DNA of 64,000 nt from the NCBI GenBank assembly GCA_951406725.2, contig OX597816.1, positions 158,844,001 through 158,908,000 of the forward strand, in the 5' to 3' direction. Below the pieces are notes generated by a model. That model was not told the origin of the DNA. It did no database searches and saw only the letters and a program-made list of their open reading frames with translations. A program made the position numbers and the translations under genes. Source of the DNA: Octopus vulgaris. Lineage: Eukaryota. Below are positions 50,129-63,334 of the stretch, piece after piece (the stretch's first letter is position 1; the number at the start of each line of letters is the position of its first letter).

Positions 50129-51859
50129 TATATATATGTAATGCATTCTAGCGAATTTTTCCACCGTCTAGGCTTTAAAAAAAGCCCTTATTGTTGGTTT
50201 CCTTGTCCTGTTATTCTTTATTTGTACTGTTTTTTTCTTCATTTGTATTGCTTTTACATCCTGTTCTTGTCACTTGTTTTATCCCTCAGCAAAAGAATTT
50301 TATTTAATTCATTTTGCAGGAAGGACTGCTTCAGCCGGATCGTGTTCTGCCCTTAACTTTGAAACATGCATTGTGTCAAAACAGGGGCAGCTGATGAAGG
50401 GGAATTTTCCTTGTATTGTTTGTCTTGTACTCTGTTTTTTCGTTGTTAAAAAAAGTCTGCTTCCTTGTTTGATTTTATGTTTTCGTTTCTCGTTGTGTTC
50501 TACATTTATTTGTGGTGTCCTGTACTCACATATGCATGTATATATACATATAGATGTAGGTATGTACATATATGTATGTGTGTATGCATATATTTTTTTT
50601 ATTTATTAAATTGTTATTATATATATATATATATATAGGGAGAGTTTACGAAAAAAACAGAAGACGAAGACAGGTGGTATACAAAACAAACAGATGTATT
50701 AGTATAATGCTCAGGAATAGAAAAAGTCTTTTACATTTTGAGCCTACGCTCTTCTACGGAAAGGGACACAGAACAAACAAGGAGAGAAAAAAATGCCCAT
50801 TCATTTCAGTCTTCTTATTAACCTCAGTATTGGCATATATTTTTAATAAGTACTTCTACTCCAGTCTCATAATAATATCACTAATATAAGTTAAAGTAGA
50901 AAGGTCACAGAATTGTTAGCACACCAGGCAAAATGCTTTGCAGCATTTCATCTGTCTTTTGTTCTGAGTCCAAATGCTACCAAGGTTGACTTCATTTTTT
51001 ATCTTTTCAAGGGTCAAAAAAATAAGTACAAGCTGAGCACTGGGGTTCATGAAATCCACTAGCCTCCCTCCCCTAAAATTTCAGGCCTTATAGAAAATAT
51101 CACTAGTATATAGCTCATAAACACCACATTTAAAAAAAAAAACTTCTAATCAGCATATCATATTTTCCAGCATACAAGTCAATGCAATATATAGTATAAA
51201 CATCTATTGTAAACATTCAAACATTGTCACTATTTTTTCCAAATCCCACTGCATTTCACATAGAATTATCGTTCCTCCAAAGTCATACTGGTGTAAAAAT
51301 CAACCAACATTTTTTTTGCTGTAAATTGTGGTCTGAAAAATTTGATCTATATGCCAGAAAATATATATTTTTCAGATTTTAGATTCTAGTTTCCAAGGTG
51401 TATAATATGATTCCGAAAATAAGGCTGACATCTTACCTCACCAGAGCATGATATCTAAGGACACAATGATTTTGCTCACTTATTTCTTTGATTATCAAAA
51501 TGGCTTCAAACCTGCCTCTGCTGGGTTTAAAACCAAATGCATTCTTTCCTGTTGCTTCTTTGCTTTTACTTTTGCCTTCTCTGTTGAATTAACAATTCTC
51601 CAAGTATTGATTTGGGAGAAATTACCCTACAATGTGTGTTTCTGTGTATAATGTGATATATGTGTATTTGTGTGTATGTGTGTTGCATTGTGCTTTATGA
51701 TTTCTAAGAAATGGTTGTACTTGGACATTAATTGACTTCCACTGCCATCAATGCCATCACCACCTCGACCTCAACTGCCACCACCATCATCTATATGTAT
51801 GTGTGTGCATGGAATGTAATAGTTGTCTACATAATCTGATATGTGTATGTGCATACATG

Positions 51860-52020
51860 TGTTTGTATGTATGTATGTATGTATGTATGTATGTATGTAT
51901 GTATGTATGTATGTACGCATGTATGTAAGTATGTATGTATGTATGTACGTATGTATGTATGTATGTATGTATGTATGTATGTATGTATGTATGTATGTAT
52001 GTATGTATGTATGTCCGTAC
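51860..52020. repeat. (TATG)n microsatellite
   Basis: Direct reading. Confidence 0.95.
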
Positions 52021-52659
52021 ATACAAATGTGTATGTGTATGTGAATGAATGTATGCATGGGGTGTATGTATGGATGTGTGTATGAATGTGTGTATGTATG
52101 TGTGAGTTTATGAAGGCATCTGTGTGTGGTTTTGCTGCTGCCTTAAGCTCAGTGACATTAAAAGCCGCCATGTTTTTGGTCGACAGTTCCAGGCCTTGGC
52201 ATTTAAAAGACACGAAATATTCCGGAAATTATGAACAAGCTTTGTTTGATGCAACTATTTTCTTGACTATAATTCTGTTTTTCCATTTTTTTCTCCCTTG
52301 CAAAGAAAGACACTTTTATGTAGGGTGGATGTAAGAAGGATGGCAGAGAGCTGACCTGTATCAATTTGGTTTGGTGATAGGGAGATGGAGAGGAGGACAT
52401 GATTTAAGAAATGCCTCCCCAACCATTTCAGGCTTACTCTTTTCCTCCATTGCCTCTTCTTTATCATCTTCTTTTGCATCAAAATCATTGCTGCAGTTAT
52501 AAGCATCATCATCATCCTCATCATCCTCATCTTCATCTCATCATCATAACAGTCCATCATATGCTGATCACCAATGCTAATTATATTCATATTCATAATA
52601 ATCTTCATTATAGTAATAATCACTGATAATAGCCATGAATATTGTAAAACATTATCGTA

Positions 52660-52866
52660 GGCAATGAGCTGGCAGAATTTTTAGCACACCTGGCGAAATA
52701 CTTAGCGGTATTTCGTCTGCCGTTACGTTCTGAGTTCAAATTCCGCCATGGTTGACTTTGCCTTTCATCCTTTCGGGGTTGATAAATTAAGTGCCAGTTG
52801 TGTACTGGGGTCGGTCTAATCAACTGGCCCTCTCCCTTTCTGGTCTTGTGCCTAGAGTAGAAAAGA
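52660..52866 (+). mobile_element. SINE family B
   Basis: Well-preserved copy. Confidence 0.85.
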
Positions 52867-53003
52867 ATAATAATTATTCTAGCAGCCTCATTTTGATGAC
52901 ATATCAATCTTTATTTTTGCCATTTGCATCATATGCACCAATCAGAGATTAGTAATCTAGCAGCTATTTTAGCTATATAAGCAAAAATCAAGCTGTTTCT
53001 CTT

Positions 53004-53047
<44 letters not shown>

Positions 53048-53849
53048 CCTTCAGGCTCTCTCTCTCTCTCTCTCCACCTTCAGGCTCTCACACTCAAACA
53101 GCCATGAGCACACTGCTTTATTTCACTCCTCTCTTAGTAGTTAGCTTTCTCTTGGTTTTTGCCTCGACAGAACAGAAATGGTTCTCTTAGATCATAAGCC
53201 AAATGAGAAATTATTCCCTGATTGTTATTTCCACGGGTCTAAAAGCATGTAAGTTATCTGCTCTTTGTTCTTTACTGTTGACCATTAGCTACTTGTACAA
53301 GTTTATATATTTCCACTTATGTGAATCCCAAATACATGTGCGTCAGCTTTCACAACACATTATACACACTTTTAATTAATGCTGTATAATGGAACTTGTT
53401 ATTTTACATTGTAATTATGTATTTTCTAACCAGTACTCACAAACTGTGAGCTATCTTGCTACCACCGAATTATTATCTTTATAACACTGAAACAGACCTA
53501 TTGGTATGTTGGAAATAAAAGAAAAATATATCACACATAATTTATTATTATTACTTCCTCACCAATTTCATTAATTTTCAATATAATAATCTCACAATCA
53601 GTAAAGACCACATTCATCATAATTGTAACCAGAATCTTTATTTAATTATCTAGGCTTTCAGTGCTATATTTCTTTACTTGACTTATTACTGCTTTCTCTC
53701 TCCTCCTTTACTCTTTTCCAACAAGTTGTAGTGCACCTCAGCAATATATACAATAAGCGGTGAGCTGGCAGAATCGTTAGCAGGCCGGGCGAAATGCCTA
53801 GCAGTATTTCGTCTACTGTTATGTTCTGAGTTCAAATTCCACCGAGGTC

Positions 53850-54940
53850 ACCTGAGTAGAAATGTGTCACCTGAGTAGAAATCTACTTTGCATTTCTTCA
53901 TGCTAAAGCTGATTAATTCTCTTATATTGCCTGTTACACTGAAGATACACAAACATTCACTTATCCATGAGTGTGGGATCATGTCATACGCTTTCTTGTA
54001 ATCTATCCATGCTACAGTTAAATTATTCTTTCTAGATTTTACTTAATTTACAACTGCTTTGTCTGTGTATAATAGATCATGTGTTCCTTTAGCCTTCTTT
54101 CTGCAACCTTTCTGTTCTTTTGACAGAAAATTCTGGTTGACTATGGGCTCATAAATGCTTTCTGAAAGCATTCCAGCTAAAAGCTTCACCAATCATGGTA
54201 ATCAAGTAATTGGTCTATAGTTGCTAGCTGTATTACCTTTGCTTTTATCTTTTATAATGAGTATTGTTCTCCCTCTAGTCATCCAATCTAGTATTACTCC
54301 TCCATTCAGGCAATCCTGAAGTTGTTCCCGCACTCTCCCATGTAATCTGCCAAATTTCTTCAACCAATAGCCTTGAACTAAATCTGGCCCTGAGTCCTTC
54401 CAATTTGGCATTTTTCTTAACACTTTACTCATTAATGCACCAGTTAGTCTTAAATCTGGCTGCTTCTCACTCACTACTTCTTCTCTCACTTTTTATTAAC
54501 CATACTGCATCTCCATTATGATTGACTGGATTGTCCCAAATATTACTTCAGAACTTTCTAAGCTTTTCTGTATTAGGCTTCTCATCTTCAGCACTTTCTT
54601 CTCCACTATTTATTTGATTATAAAATCTCCTCAGGTCTTTCTTAAATAATCTATTTTGTTCATACTGATCTATTCTTTTCTGAATTATTGAAAGCTTACC
54701 TGCTACTGCTATGATATGCTGTTTCAACTCATCTATGACTGTCCCAAATCCTTTCTCTTTGACTAAGTATCTTTTCTCAAGAGAAGATTTTAATCTTGTG
54801 TTTCCTAACTTGTTCAGTTTTCAGGCTTCTATTCTACTCAGATCTTGTCTTAAAGTCTTCTCTTTATCTTGTAGTCTTCTTTTCCGCATTTGCTCTTTTT
54901 TAATCTTTCCTTGTGGAATATCTAATCTAAATCAGTACCC
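53850..54940 (-). pseudogene. R4/Dong-like LINE RT N-terminal remnant
   Basis: KMPNWKDSGPDLVQGYWLKKF...WMTRGRTILIIKD...NYRPIT, then EQKGCRK and WIDYKKAYD in adjacent frames. Confidence 0.8.
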
Positions 54941-55737
54941 TTGTGAATTACTTGGTGACACTGCCATAAAAGGCATCCAGTCCACTCTGTTTAGTGATTG
55001 GGATTTGGAAGGGCATCCAGCCATAAAAAAAACCATGCCAAAACAGACAGTAAAGCCTGGTGTAGTCTTCTGGCTTGCCAGCTCCTGTCAAACTGTCCAA
55101 CCCATGCCAGCATGGAAAACAGATGTTAAATGATGATGGTGATGAGTAGCTCATCCTACTCAAAAGGTCCCTGTATAAGGATTGTTTAAGGATGGTTAAC
55201 AAAACACCCATGTTTCCAGTGGTGAATTATTCAAACCCCAAAGAATTCCTCTCAACACATGGCTATGATGCTCCCTACCACTTATGCTTGTGATCAGAGA
55301 TGCACATATCATCAGCTACTAAGAGTCATTGGACATACTCAGCTGGTTATGGTCAAGCAACTGACAAGCAAAATATGTGGTGTTGAGCAGAGTATTTGCT
55401 GCAGCTCATCTTTTACACTAAGACAAATCATGTCCACAATAATACTTCCAATCAGTTAAGATCAGAAGCCATGAGAGCTGGTATTACATCAGGGCATTTA
55501 TTGTTATTATTATTATTATTATTGATAGCATGTGGGGCAAAATGCTAAGCGGTATTTCGTCTGCCACTACATTCTGAGTTCAAATTCCTCTGAGGTTGAT
55601 TTTGCCTTTCATCCTTTTGTGGTCAATGAAATAAGTACCAGTTACACACTGGGATCAATGTAATCGACTAGCCCCCACCCAAATCTTCAGGCATTGTGCC
55701 TTCAGTAGAAAGGATTATTAATATTATTATTATTATT

Positions 55738-56050
55738 CAGTAGTTTTATTTTTATATTGTGCTTTCACTTCACTACCGAGTGCAATTTTTTGTATGTTAT
55801 ATATATTTGTAAGACCTGGTGTTTTTGTTATGTATTTGTCTGAATATTTTTTATCATACATAATGTGCCTACTATGAAAGTAATTGATTCTGTTTTTAGA
55901 TTCCACATTCGAGTTACCTCTATTTCTAGGTCTTTGTATTTTGAAAGTTTCTCCATTTCTTTTAGAGAAACGTTGTCATCTGTTGGTATTGATACATCAA
56001 TTAGAAAGCATTTTTTTCTTCATGACCTCTGACAACTATATCTGACAACA
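55738..56050 (-). mobile_element. R4/Dong-like 3' remnant
   Basis: 3' UTR matches 42830-42875 (ctcggtagtg...gtgaaagcac...ctactgaa); (ATT)n on both sides. Confidence 0.6.
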
Positions 56051-56054
56051 TAAC

Positions 56055-56102
<48 letters not shown>

Positions 56103-56103
<1 letters not shown>

Positions 56104-56456
56104 CTCCGCCTTAGCGAAGGCAGAGGTATTGTTTTCAGTCGTGTTTGTTTGTTCGTGGACAAGATATCTCAAGAACCACTAGATGGATTCAGACGAAACT
56201 TTCAGAGATGTTTGGCCTTGTAACTAGTACAAACTGACTGGATTTTAGTATTGCTCCAGTACTGGACAAGGATTCTGATTTTTCCTGTTTTTTAACTTAA
56301 GTTTTGAGAGCGGCTGGGTTCATTTTTAGTATTCTTTTTTGTGAGAGCAATCAAATTTATTTCAGATATTCTCATTTTAAAACCATCTGTGGCTAATCGT
56401 TGAGAGGACATTGGTGTTGCCTGGGTGGAAGTTTGCGCTCTCTGAGTACCCTTGTT
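56103..56456 (+). mobile_element. Helentron-associated (HINE/DINE-like) non-autonomous element
   Basis: 5' ctccgcctt...aaggcagag inverted repeat, short (GTTT)n, 3' gtggaagtttgcgctctctgagtac followed by a T-rich end. Confidence 0.5.
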
Positions 56457-56728
56457 ATTATTATCATCATCTCATCGACCCCAGTGCTCAACTGGTACTT
56501 ATTTTATTAACCCTGAAAGGAGAAAAGGCAAAGTTGACCTCAGTGGAATTGGAACTCAGAACACGAAGAGAGATGAAATGCCCAACATTAATCCTTATCA
56601 ATGACTGTCTTTTCTGCTCCTTTTTAGTTGGATCCTACTTTTTCATCTCTGCCTCTAGTTACTTTTTGGAAATTCTTTCTTCTGCTTTCCTTGTTGTAGC
56701 AGGCCAAGGCCTGACATGTTATGCAGTA

Positions 56729-56920
56729 TACTCTCTTTACTCTCTTTTACTTGTTTCAGTCATTTGACTGTTGCCATGCTGGAGCACCGCCTTTGGTCGA
56801 GCAAATCGACCCCAGGACTTCTATCGGTCTCTTTTGCCGAACCACTAAGTTACAGGGACGTAAACACACCAGCATTGGCTGTCAAGCGATGCTGGGGGGG
56901 ACAAACACAGACACACAAAC

Positions 56921-56953
<33 letters not shown>

Positions 56954-57124
56954 CATATATACGACGGGCTTCTTTCAGTTCCTGTCTACCAAATCCACTC
57001 ACAAGGCTTTGGTTGACCTGAGGCTATAGTAGAAGACACTTGCCAAAGGAGCCATGCAGTCGGACTGAACCTGGAACCATGTAATTGGTAAGCAAGCTAC
57101 TTACCACACAGCCACTCCTACGCC
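56729..57124 (-). mobile_element. SINE family A
   Basis: Full length. Confidence 0.85.
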
Positions 57125-57548
57125 TATGTTGCTTCCCTTCAGATTTTGCTGCCCCACATCATGTTTCCCTGAGGTAAAGCCTTCTTCTCCCAGGCCTTGT
57201 TAGTTGTGAATTATCATTGATGTTTCCATAACTTGGCTTTTTTTCTAGCTAGAGGTATTGGCCCTACACAAACCCACTTTTACCTCTTGGAGGAGATGGT
57301 CCATATCAACCTCACCGTTACCCTTTGATCTATCCTACATGCAAGACCCAACCAAGGGCTTGTGCTATACTGGAAGAGCTCTCAGGGTTACTGAAGCTCA
57401 CAAACTACCACATTACAACGAAAGCAGGACCCACTGATCAAACCATTAAATATAAATTTTGAGAAATTTTCCCCAGATTTCCGGGCATTTTATTTCATTT
57501 AAAACTTCCAGAATTATAAACATTAAAGTTTTCTTTTCTGTCTATAAC

Positions 57549-57595
57549 TTTTTTTCTTTCTTTCTTTCTTTCTTTCTTCCTTCCTTCCTTCCTTC

Positions 57596-57654
<59 letters not shown>

Positions 57655-57729
57655 TCATTCTTCTTTCCTTCCTCCCCTCTTTCCTTCTTTCCTTCCTTCT
57701 TTCTTTCTTTCTCTCTTTCTTTCCTTCCT

Positions 57730-57777
<48 letters not shown>

Positions 57778-57797
57778 TCCTTATCTTCTTTCTTTCT
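57549..57797. repeat. (TTTC)n/(TTCC)n polypyrimidine microsatellite
   Basis: Direct reading. Confidence 0.95.
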
Positions 57798-58339
57798 AAA
57801 TTGTGTATCTCTATTTAACCAAATAACTACATCTAGAGAATTAGAAATTCATTCACTCATTAAATTAATCTACTTTTACCCTCATGGAAACTCTTTCCTA
57901 CAAGTATCTTTGTTTTACATTTCTCTTGGGTATAAAAGTACATTTTCTCCACCCAGAATATTCCAACCTAAATAAATTCTATGATCTGATATTCCATCCT
58001 TGATATATCTCCACCTAATTCTTTCAGTTATTTTGGATGTTGCTTAGTCCCAAGTGTCACTGTAAGCAAAATTTATACTTCAGCACAGTCTAGTACACTC
58101 AGTACTGACAAACACATTAGGTTTGTCTGTAACGTCAACGGATTTGGCATGTCTGTGATAGATATGAATGAAGGCAAATGATGTGAGCTTTACCAATATG
58201 GTTCAGAATTGTAAGTGAACTTCAATTAATCACTGCATGTTAATTAAATGCTTGCTAATTATAAAACACTTTTCATGGGTGATGAATTGACAGCAATGGA
58301 AAAACGATGAACCAAATGCATTACAATATTTAATTAGGC

Positions 58340-58608
58340 CAAAGCAACGAGCAGAATCGTTAGCAAACTGGGCAAAGTGCTTACTCTTTACTCTTTTACT
58401 CTTTTACTTGTTTCAGTCATTTGACTGCGGCCATGCTGGAGCACCGCCTTTAGTCGAGCAAATCGACCCCGGGACTTATTCTTTGTAAGCCCAGTACTTA
58501 TTCTATCGGTCTCTTTTGACGGGGACATAAACATACCAGCATCGGTTGTCAAGCAATGCTAGGGGGACAAACACACACATACACACACACACATATATAT
58601 ATATATAC

Positions 58609-58641
<33 letters not shown>

Positions 58642-58975
58642 TACGACAGGCTTCTTTCAGTTTCCGTCTACCAAATCCACTCACAAGGCATCGGTCGGTC
58701 CGAGGCTATAGCAGAAGACACTTACCCAAGATGCCATGTAGTGGGACTAAACCTGGAACCATGTGGCTGGTTAGCAAGCTACTTACCACACAGCCACTCC
58801 TGCTTAGCAACATTTCATCTATCTTCATGTGCTGGGTTCAAATTCCGCTGAGGTCGACTTCACTTTTTATCCCATTGAGGTCAATAAAATAAGTACTAAT
58901 TGAACATTGAGGTTTATGTAACTAACTTACCCATCTTCCCCAAAATTGCCGATCTTGCGCAAAAATTTGAAATCA
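58340..58975. mobile_element. SINE family B (+) interrupted by SINE family A (-, about 58384-58800)
   Basis: B head stops at tgctta (58378-58383) and resumes at tgctta (58801-58806). Confidence 0.75.
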
Positions 58976-59009
58976 GTATTTAATTTGGCCAACTTTACTT
59001 TATATCTGA

Positions 59010-59352
59010 CTAGCAGTATCGCCCGGCATTGCTCGGGTTTGTAAGGGAAATAACTATATAAGCATTTTTAGAGATGTAAAGTATAATAGCCATCTCAATA
59101 TGGCTAACCACAAAGGAGGGGGGTGTTACTGTAGGTTTTTACGTTCTAAGATTTAATAATAAATTTTTAGAGAGTTACTTCTCTTATATATGCCAAAAAT
59201 GCATTAAAAATGCATTAAAAATGGGAAAAATTGATGGTAAATTATTTTTTAAATCGTAGACTCATCGTAGACGCGCGCTAATACCCAGAAGTTAGGAATC
59301 TAAATCGTAGGAGACAGACAGCACACAACCTCTCTTTTATATATAAAGAAGA
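59010..59352 (-). mobile_element. Non-autonomous Helitron, family of 617-1016
   Basis: CTAG end with hairpin, shared body, internal deletion. Confidence 0.75.
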
Positions 59353-59499
59353 TGTTAAAATAATATTTACTCTCACCTCTCTCTCTGTCTTTCATTCTAT
59401 CTCCTCTCTCTCTCTTTCTCTTTCTCTATCCTCTCTGCTGTTTATTTGTATCTGTTGTAGCCATGTATCTTCTCTACTGCAAGACACCTTTTCCCTCCA

Positions 59500-59935
59500 A
59501 GAAAAGAAATTCTAAGTGTAGAAAAAAGAACCTGGAATTCAAGGGTCTTAAAGTAAACTTAGCAAAGACCAAGGTCCTAGTAATCAAGAAACCAGACAGG
59601 ACCCCTTACTCTTTGGTAAATGGCCCTGCTCAATATGTAGGAAGGGTGGAGGCAGAAATTCCACTCAGTGCAATCTGTAGACATGCAAGAAGTGCAATGG
59701 AATAATAGAAAGGTTAACAGAGAAAGTAGTGTTTGCATGTGGAAGATGTACAGGAGCCTTAAGAACCACAGATACATGGGAAACTGATTTCCTCAAATAT
59801 CCTGGTGGCTCTCTGAAAGTTATAGATAATTTCTGATATCTAGGTAACCTAATTGGTAGTGGAAGAAGTTGTATAGACAGTATAATTGCTAGAATAAGAA
59901 TAGGATGGAGAAAGTTCAAAGAGCTTTACCTCTGT
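59500..59935 (+). pseudogene. Old RTE fragment including the finger region
   Basis: KGLKVNLAKTKVL, WPCSICRK, VFACGRC, ARIRIGWRKF in shifting frames. Confidence 0.75.
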
Positions 59936-61154
59936 TTAAAAGGGTCCCTTTTTAAACTCCAGAAATGAGATCTTTAATCTTTGTTCACATTTTAAACACC
60001 ACCTGCTGCAGGTATGGGATTTCCCGTTTGTTGAATAGGGCTATAAAAAGTAATTATAAACTGGAACCAACCTAAGGGCAGAAATTCCCTAGTCATCAAT
60101 TATGATCATAAAAATTTTCTAACCAGACCAATCTAAGGGCAAGAATCCATCTCATCTATGGCTCAGACAATATAGAGTTTTTTTCTTTACAAATTAACTG
60201 ACCACTGTAAAGTGGTTGGTGTTTGGAAGGGCATCCAGCTGTAAAAATCCTGCCAAAACAGTCACAGGAGCCTGGTGCAGGCTTCTGCCAGGCTGGCTCT
60301 TGTGAAACCGTCCCACCCATGCTAGCAGAGTGTATGTGAATATGTGTGTGTGTGTTTGTGGCTGTGTTTGTTCTCTACCACCACTTGACAATTGGTGTTG
60401 GTGTGTTTGCAGCCCTGTATCTTAGTGGTTTGGCAAAAGATACCAATAGAATAAGTCCTGTGGTTGATACATTATAAAAGAGAAAGTGTAGAAAGTGCAT
60501 TAAAACACACATTTACACACACATGACATATATGTGTGTATGCACAACACACACACACATAAATGTATGCTTATATAATATTAGAACCCATCACACTCTA
60601 TAAAATAGTTGGCATTAGGAAGAGAATGTAGTTGTAGAAGCCATGCCAAAACAGACATTGGGTTTGGTGCAGCCTTCTGACTTGACAGCTCTTTTTGAGC
60701 CATTCAACCCAGTCCAGCATGGAAAACGGGCATTAAATAGTGATAATATATGAAGATGTTTCCCCACTGGAAAACTTTGGTACACTGAATGTTGATGACA
60801 TTTTTCACAGGGTCACTATACATGCAACATTCTATTTATGTAGTTGTTATTAACAGAGCTACATAAATAGTTTAGCAAAAGAAAGAGTACTCAATACATG
60901 TAGTAGAGTTTTATTACTTTTGTTGAAGATGGCAATTTGCTCCATTACTACTGAGTTTCTCACTGTTTATAATACTTCAAGAGACAAAACACCTATATAC
61001 AGCCAGAAGTGGGTAATGATGGAGTATCTACTTAGTGTAATATAAGGTGTATCCAAATCAGCCTCCTGCCTTACATCATTCCTGAACACAGCACGAAGAT
61101 ACTTGTACTTCTCCACTTGACTCAGTGTGGTTTCACTGAGATGTAAAGAATGAC

Positions 61155-61563
61155 TGGCATCCATGCTAGTGGAGTACTAAGAATACCATCCGAGCATGAT
61201 TGTTGCCAGAGCAACAAACTGGCTTTGGTGCACCATTTGAGAGTGATCGTTACCTCCGTTGGCACATGAAAAAACATTCAAGCGAGGTTGTTACCAGTGC
61301 TGTTGGACTGGCTCCTGTGCACATAAAAAGCAACATTTGAGTGTGGCCGTTGCCAGTACCGCCTGACTGGCCCTTGTGCCAGTGGCACGTAAATGGACCC
61401 ACTACACTCTCTCGGAGTGGTTGGCGTTAGGAAGGGCATCCAGCTGTTGAAACTCTGCCAGATCAGATTGGTGCCTGGTGCAGCCATCTGGTTTGCCAGA
61501 CCTCAGTCAAATCGTTCAACCCATGCTAGCATGGAAAGCGAATGTTAAACGATGATGATGATG
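61155..61563 (+). mobile_element. RTE 3' UTR fragment
   Basis: About 4 decayed UTR units, terminal segment, (GAT)n tail. Confidence 0.75.
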
Positions 61564-61569
61564 TTCTTA

Positions 61570-62290
61570 AGAAGTTTAATATCTATTTTTGTAATATTGA
61601 TTTCCAGTCTTGTCTTTCAACACTTAACAGAGAACCTATTTAGTGCATACTCAAAATCACCTTCTGATGAGCAAAGTAGCACCATTCATATCATCTGCAA
61701 ATACAAGCCAACTGATCCTACATTTGCTGATTTTGATGCCATTTCCGCTGTACATGTCAATCTAGTTTATAAAGATACGAAAACGAGAGGCAATAACATG
61801 CACCCACATTGAAAGTCTAAACTGCTGACAGTGGTGCAATAATAGGCCTTCTTCAGCACTTGGTCGACAGAAAGGAGATTGGTGAAAACAGCCAAGTTCC
61901 CTATCTTCAGCTTGGTTTGCATGCATCCCCATATTTTTAGGTCGTGGCTTTTGGATTGTGACCGAAAGAATATGACTGCTAATGCAAATGGCTGAAATGG
62001 GGCTCCTTCTGAAAGGTTGCTGGAATAATGCTACTTGATAGCTCAATAGGTGTGTAGCACAGAGATCAAGAAGTTAAGCCACTACTTCTCTGCATTGGGA
62101 GGTCCAAACTCCATTACTACTGACAGGTGATTAAAATGTCTGAGGAATGAATTGTAGGATAGATTTCATGGACAGAGCTAACTTTGAGGAGACAGGATGA
62201 TTGGATCATATCTACAGCCTTGAGATGTTTCAGACAGATATTTAGGATCCATCTAGAACATTTACTGATTGTTGCTTCTGGAGGCCATGT
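61570..62290 (-). pseudogene. Decayed LINE RT remnant
   Basis: Minus strand LVFADD at about 61690-61710 with preceding QCGC.L...F-type motif. Confidence 0.4.
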
Positions 62291-62848
62291 CTGAGAGCAG
62301 TAGGCTTTGAAGATGAATGGATGGACCATATGGTATATTCTGTTATATATGATAAATTTATAAAAATCATTGTTTTAGTGATGTGATCTGATTTATGTTC
62401 TAGAAAATTATTGCCAATATCTGCTGTACAGGTCACACTTCGACTGGCTAGAAATAGCAGTCAAATTCCTTAAAGTCACATACTGCTGTTATAAAACAGA
62501 AAGTACATATTGGACAAAGTAGTGCTAGATACATAAAAAGATGAGATAGTTTCAGCTGGATTGATTTTGATCATAAATCTTATCTGTCAGAGATGACATA
62601 GAACAAAATAACATCTTTAAATCTGTCAGGTGATATTTAGTTTTTATAGATCAAGATCAAGATAAAGCGTTGGATCTTAACCTGGACAGTAACGCCCCCT
62701 TGCGAATGTTGTGCGCACTTAAGGGAGCAATGGGTGTTTATAGTTGATCGTAATTTTTTCTTAGAAATAAAATATCCAAATTAGGAATAATATATATATT
62801 TTCCATGCATTAAAAAAATCTTTGTTAGAATTAGAATATGAATATAGC

Positions 62849-62849
<1 letters not shown>

Positions 62850-62883
<34 letters not shown>

Positions 62884-63334
62884 TACCAACGCTGGATAAC
62901 AAGTGTTGGTGTGTTTACGCCCCCGTAACTTAGCGCTTCAGTAAAGGAATATGATAGCTGGGATGAATTAATTCAACTAAGAATTCTTCAAGGTGGTGTC
63001 CCAGCATGGCCGCTGTCTAATAACTGAAACAGGCGTGGTTGTGAGTTTAGAATCTTTCTTCCCAACCACATGGCTTCGGGTTCAGTTCCACTGCGTGACA
63101 CCTTGGGCATGTGATTTTTATTATAGCCTCGAGCCGACCAAAGCCTTGTGAAAGGATTTGTGTGTTTGTGTGTGTGTCATCCACTACCGCTTGACTACGG
63201 GTTATAGTGTGCTTATGTCCCTGTAACTTAGCGATTCGCCATAAAACACCGACAGAATAAGTACCAGGCTTAAGAGAAAAATATAAGTCTTGGAGGATTC
63301 ATTCGTCTAAAAATTCTTCAAAATAGTGCCCCAG
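62850..63334 (+). mobile_element. Two adjacent diverged SINE family A copies
   Basis: A 3' half (62850-63030) followed by a head-to-tail copy (63032-63334). Confidence 0.7.
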
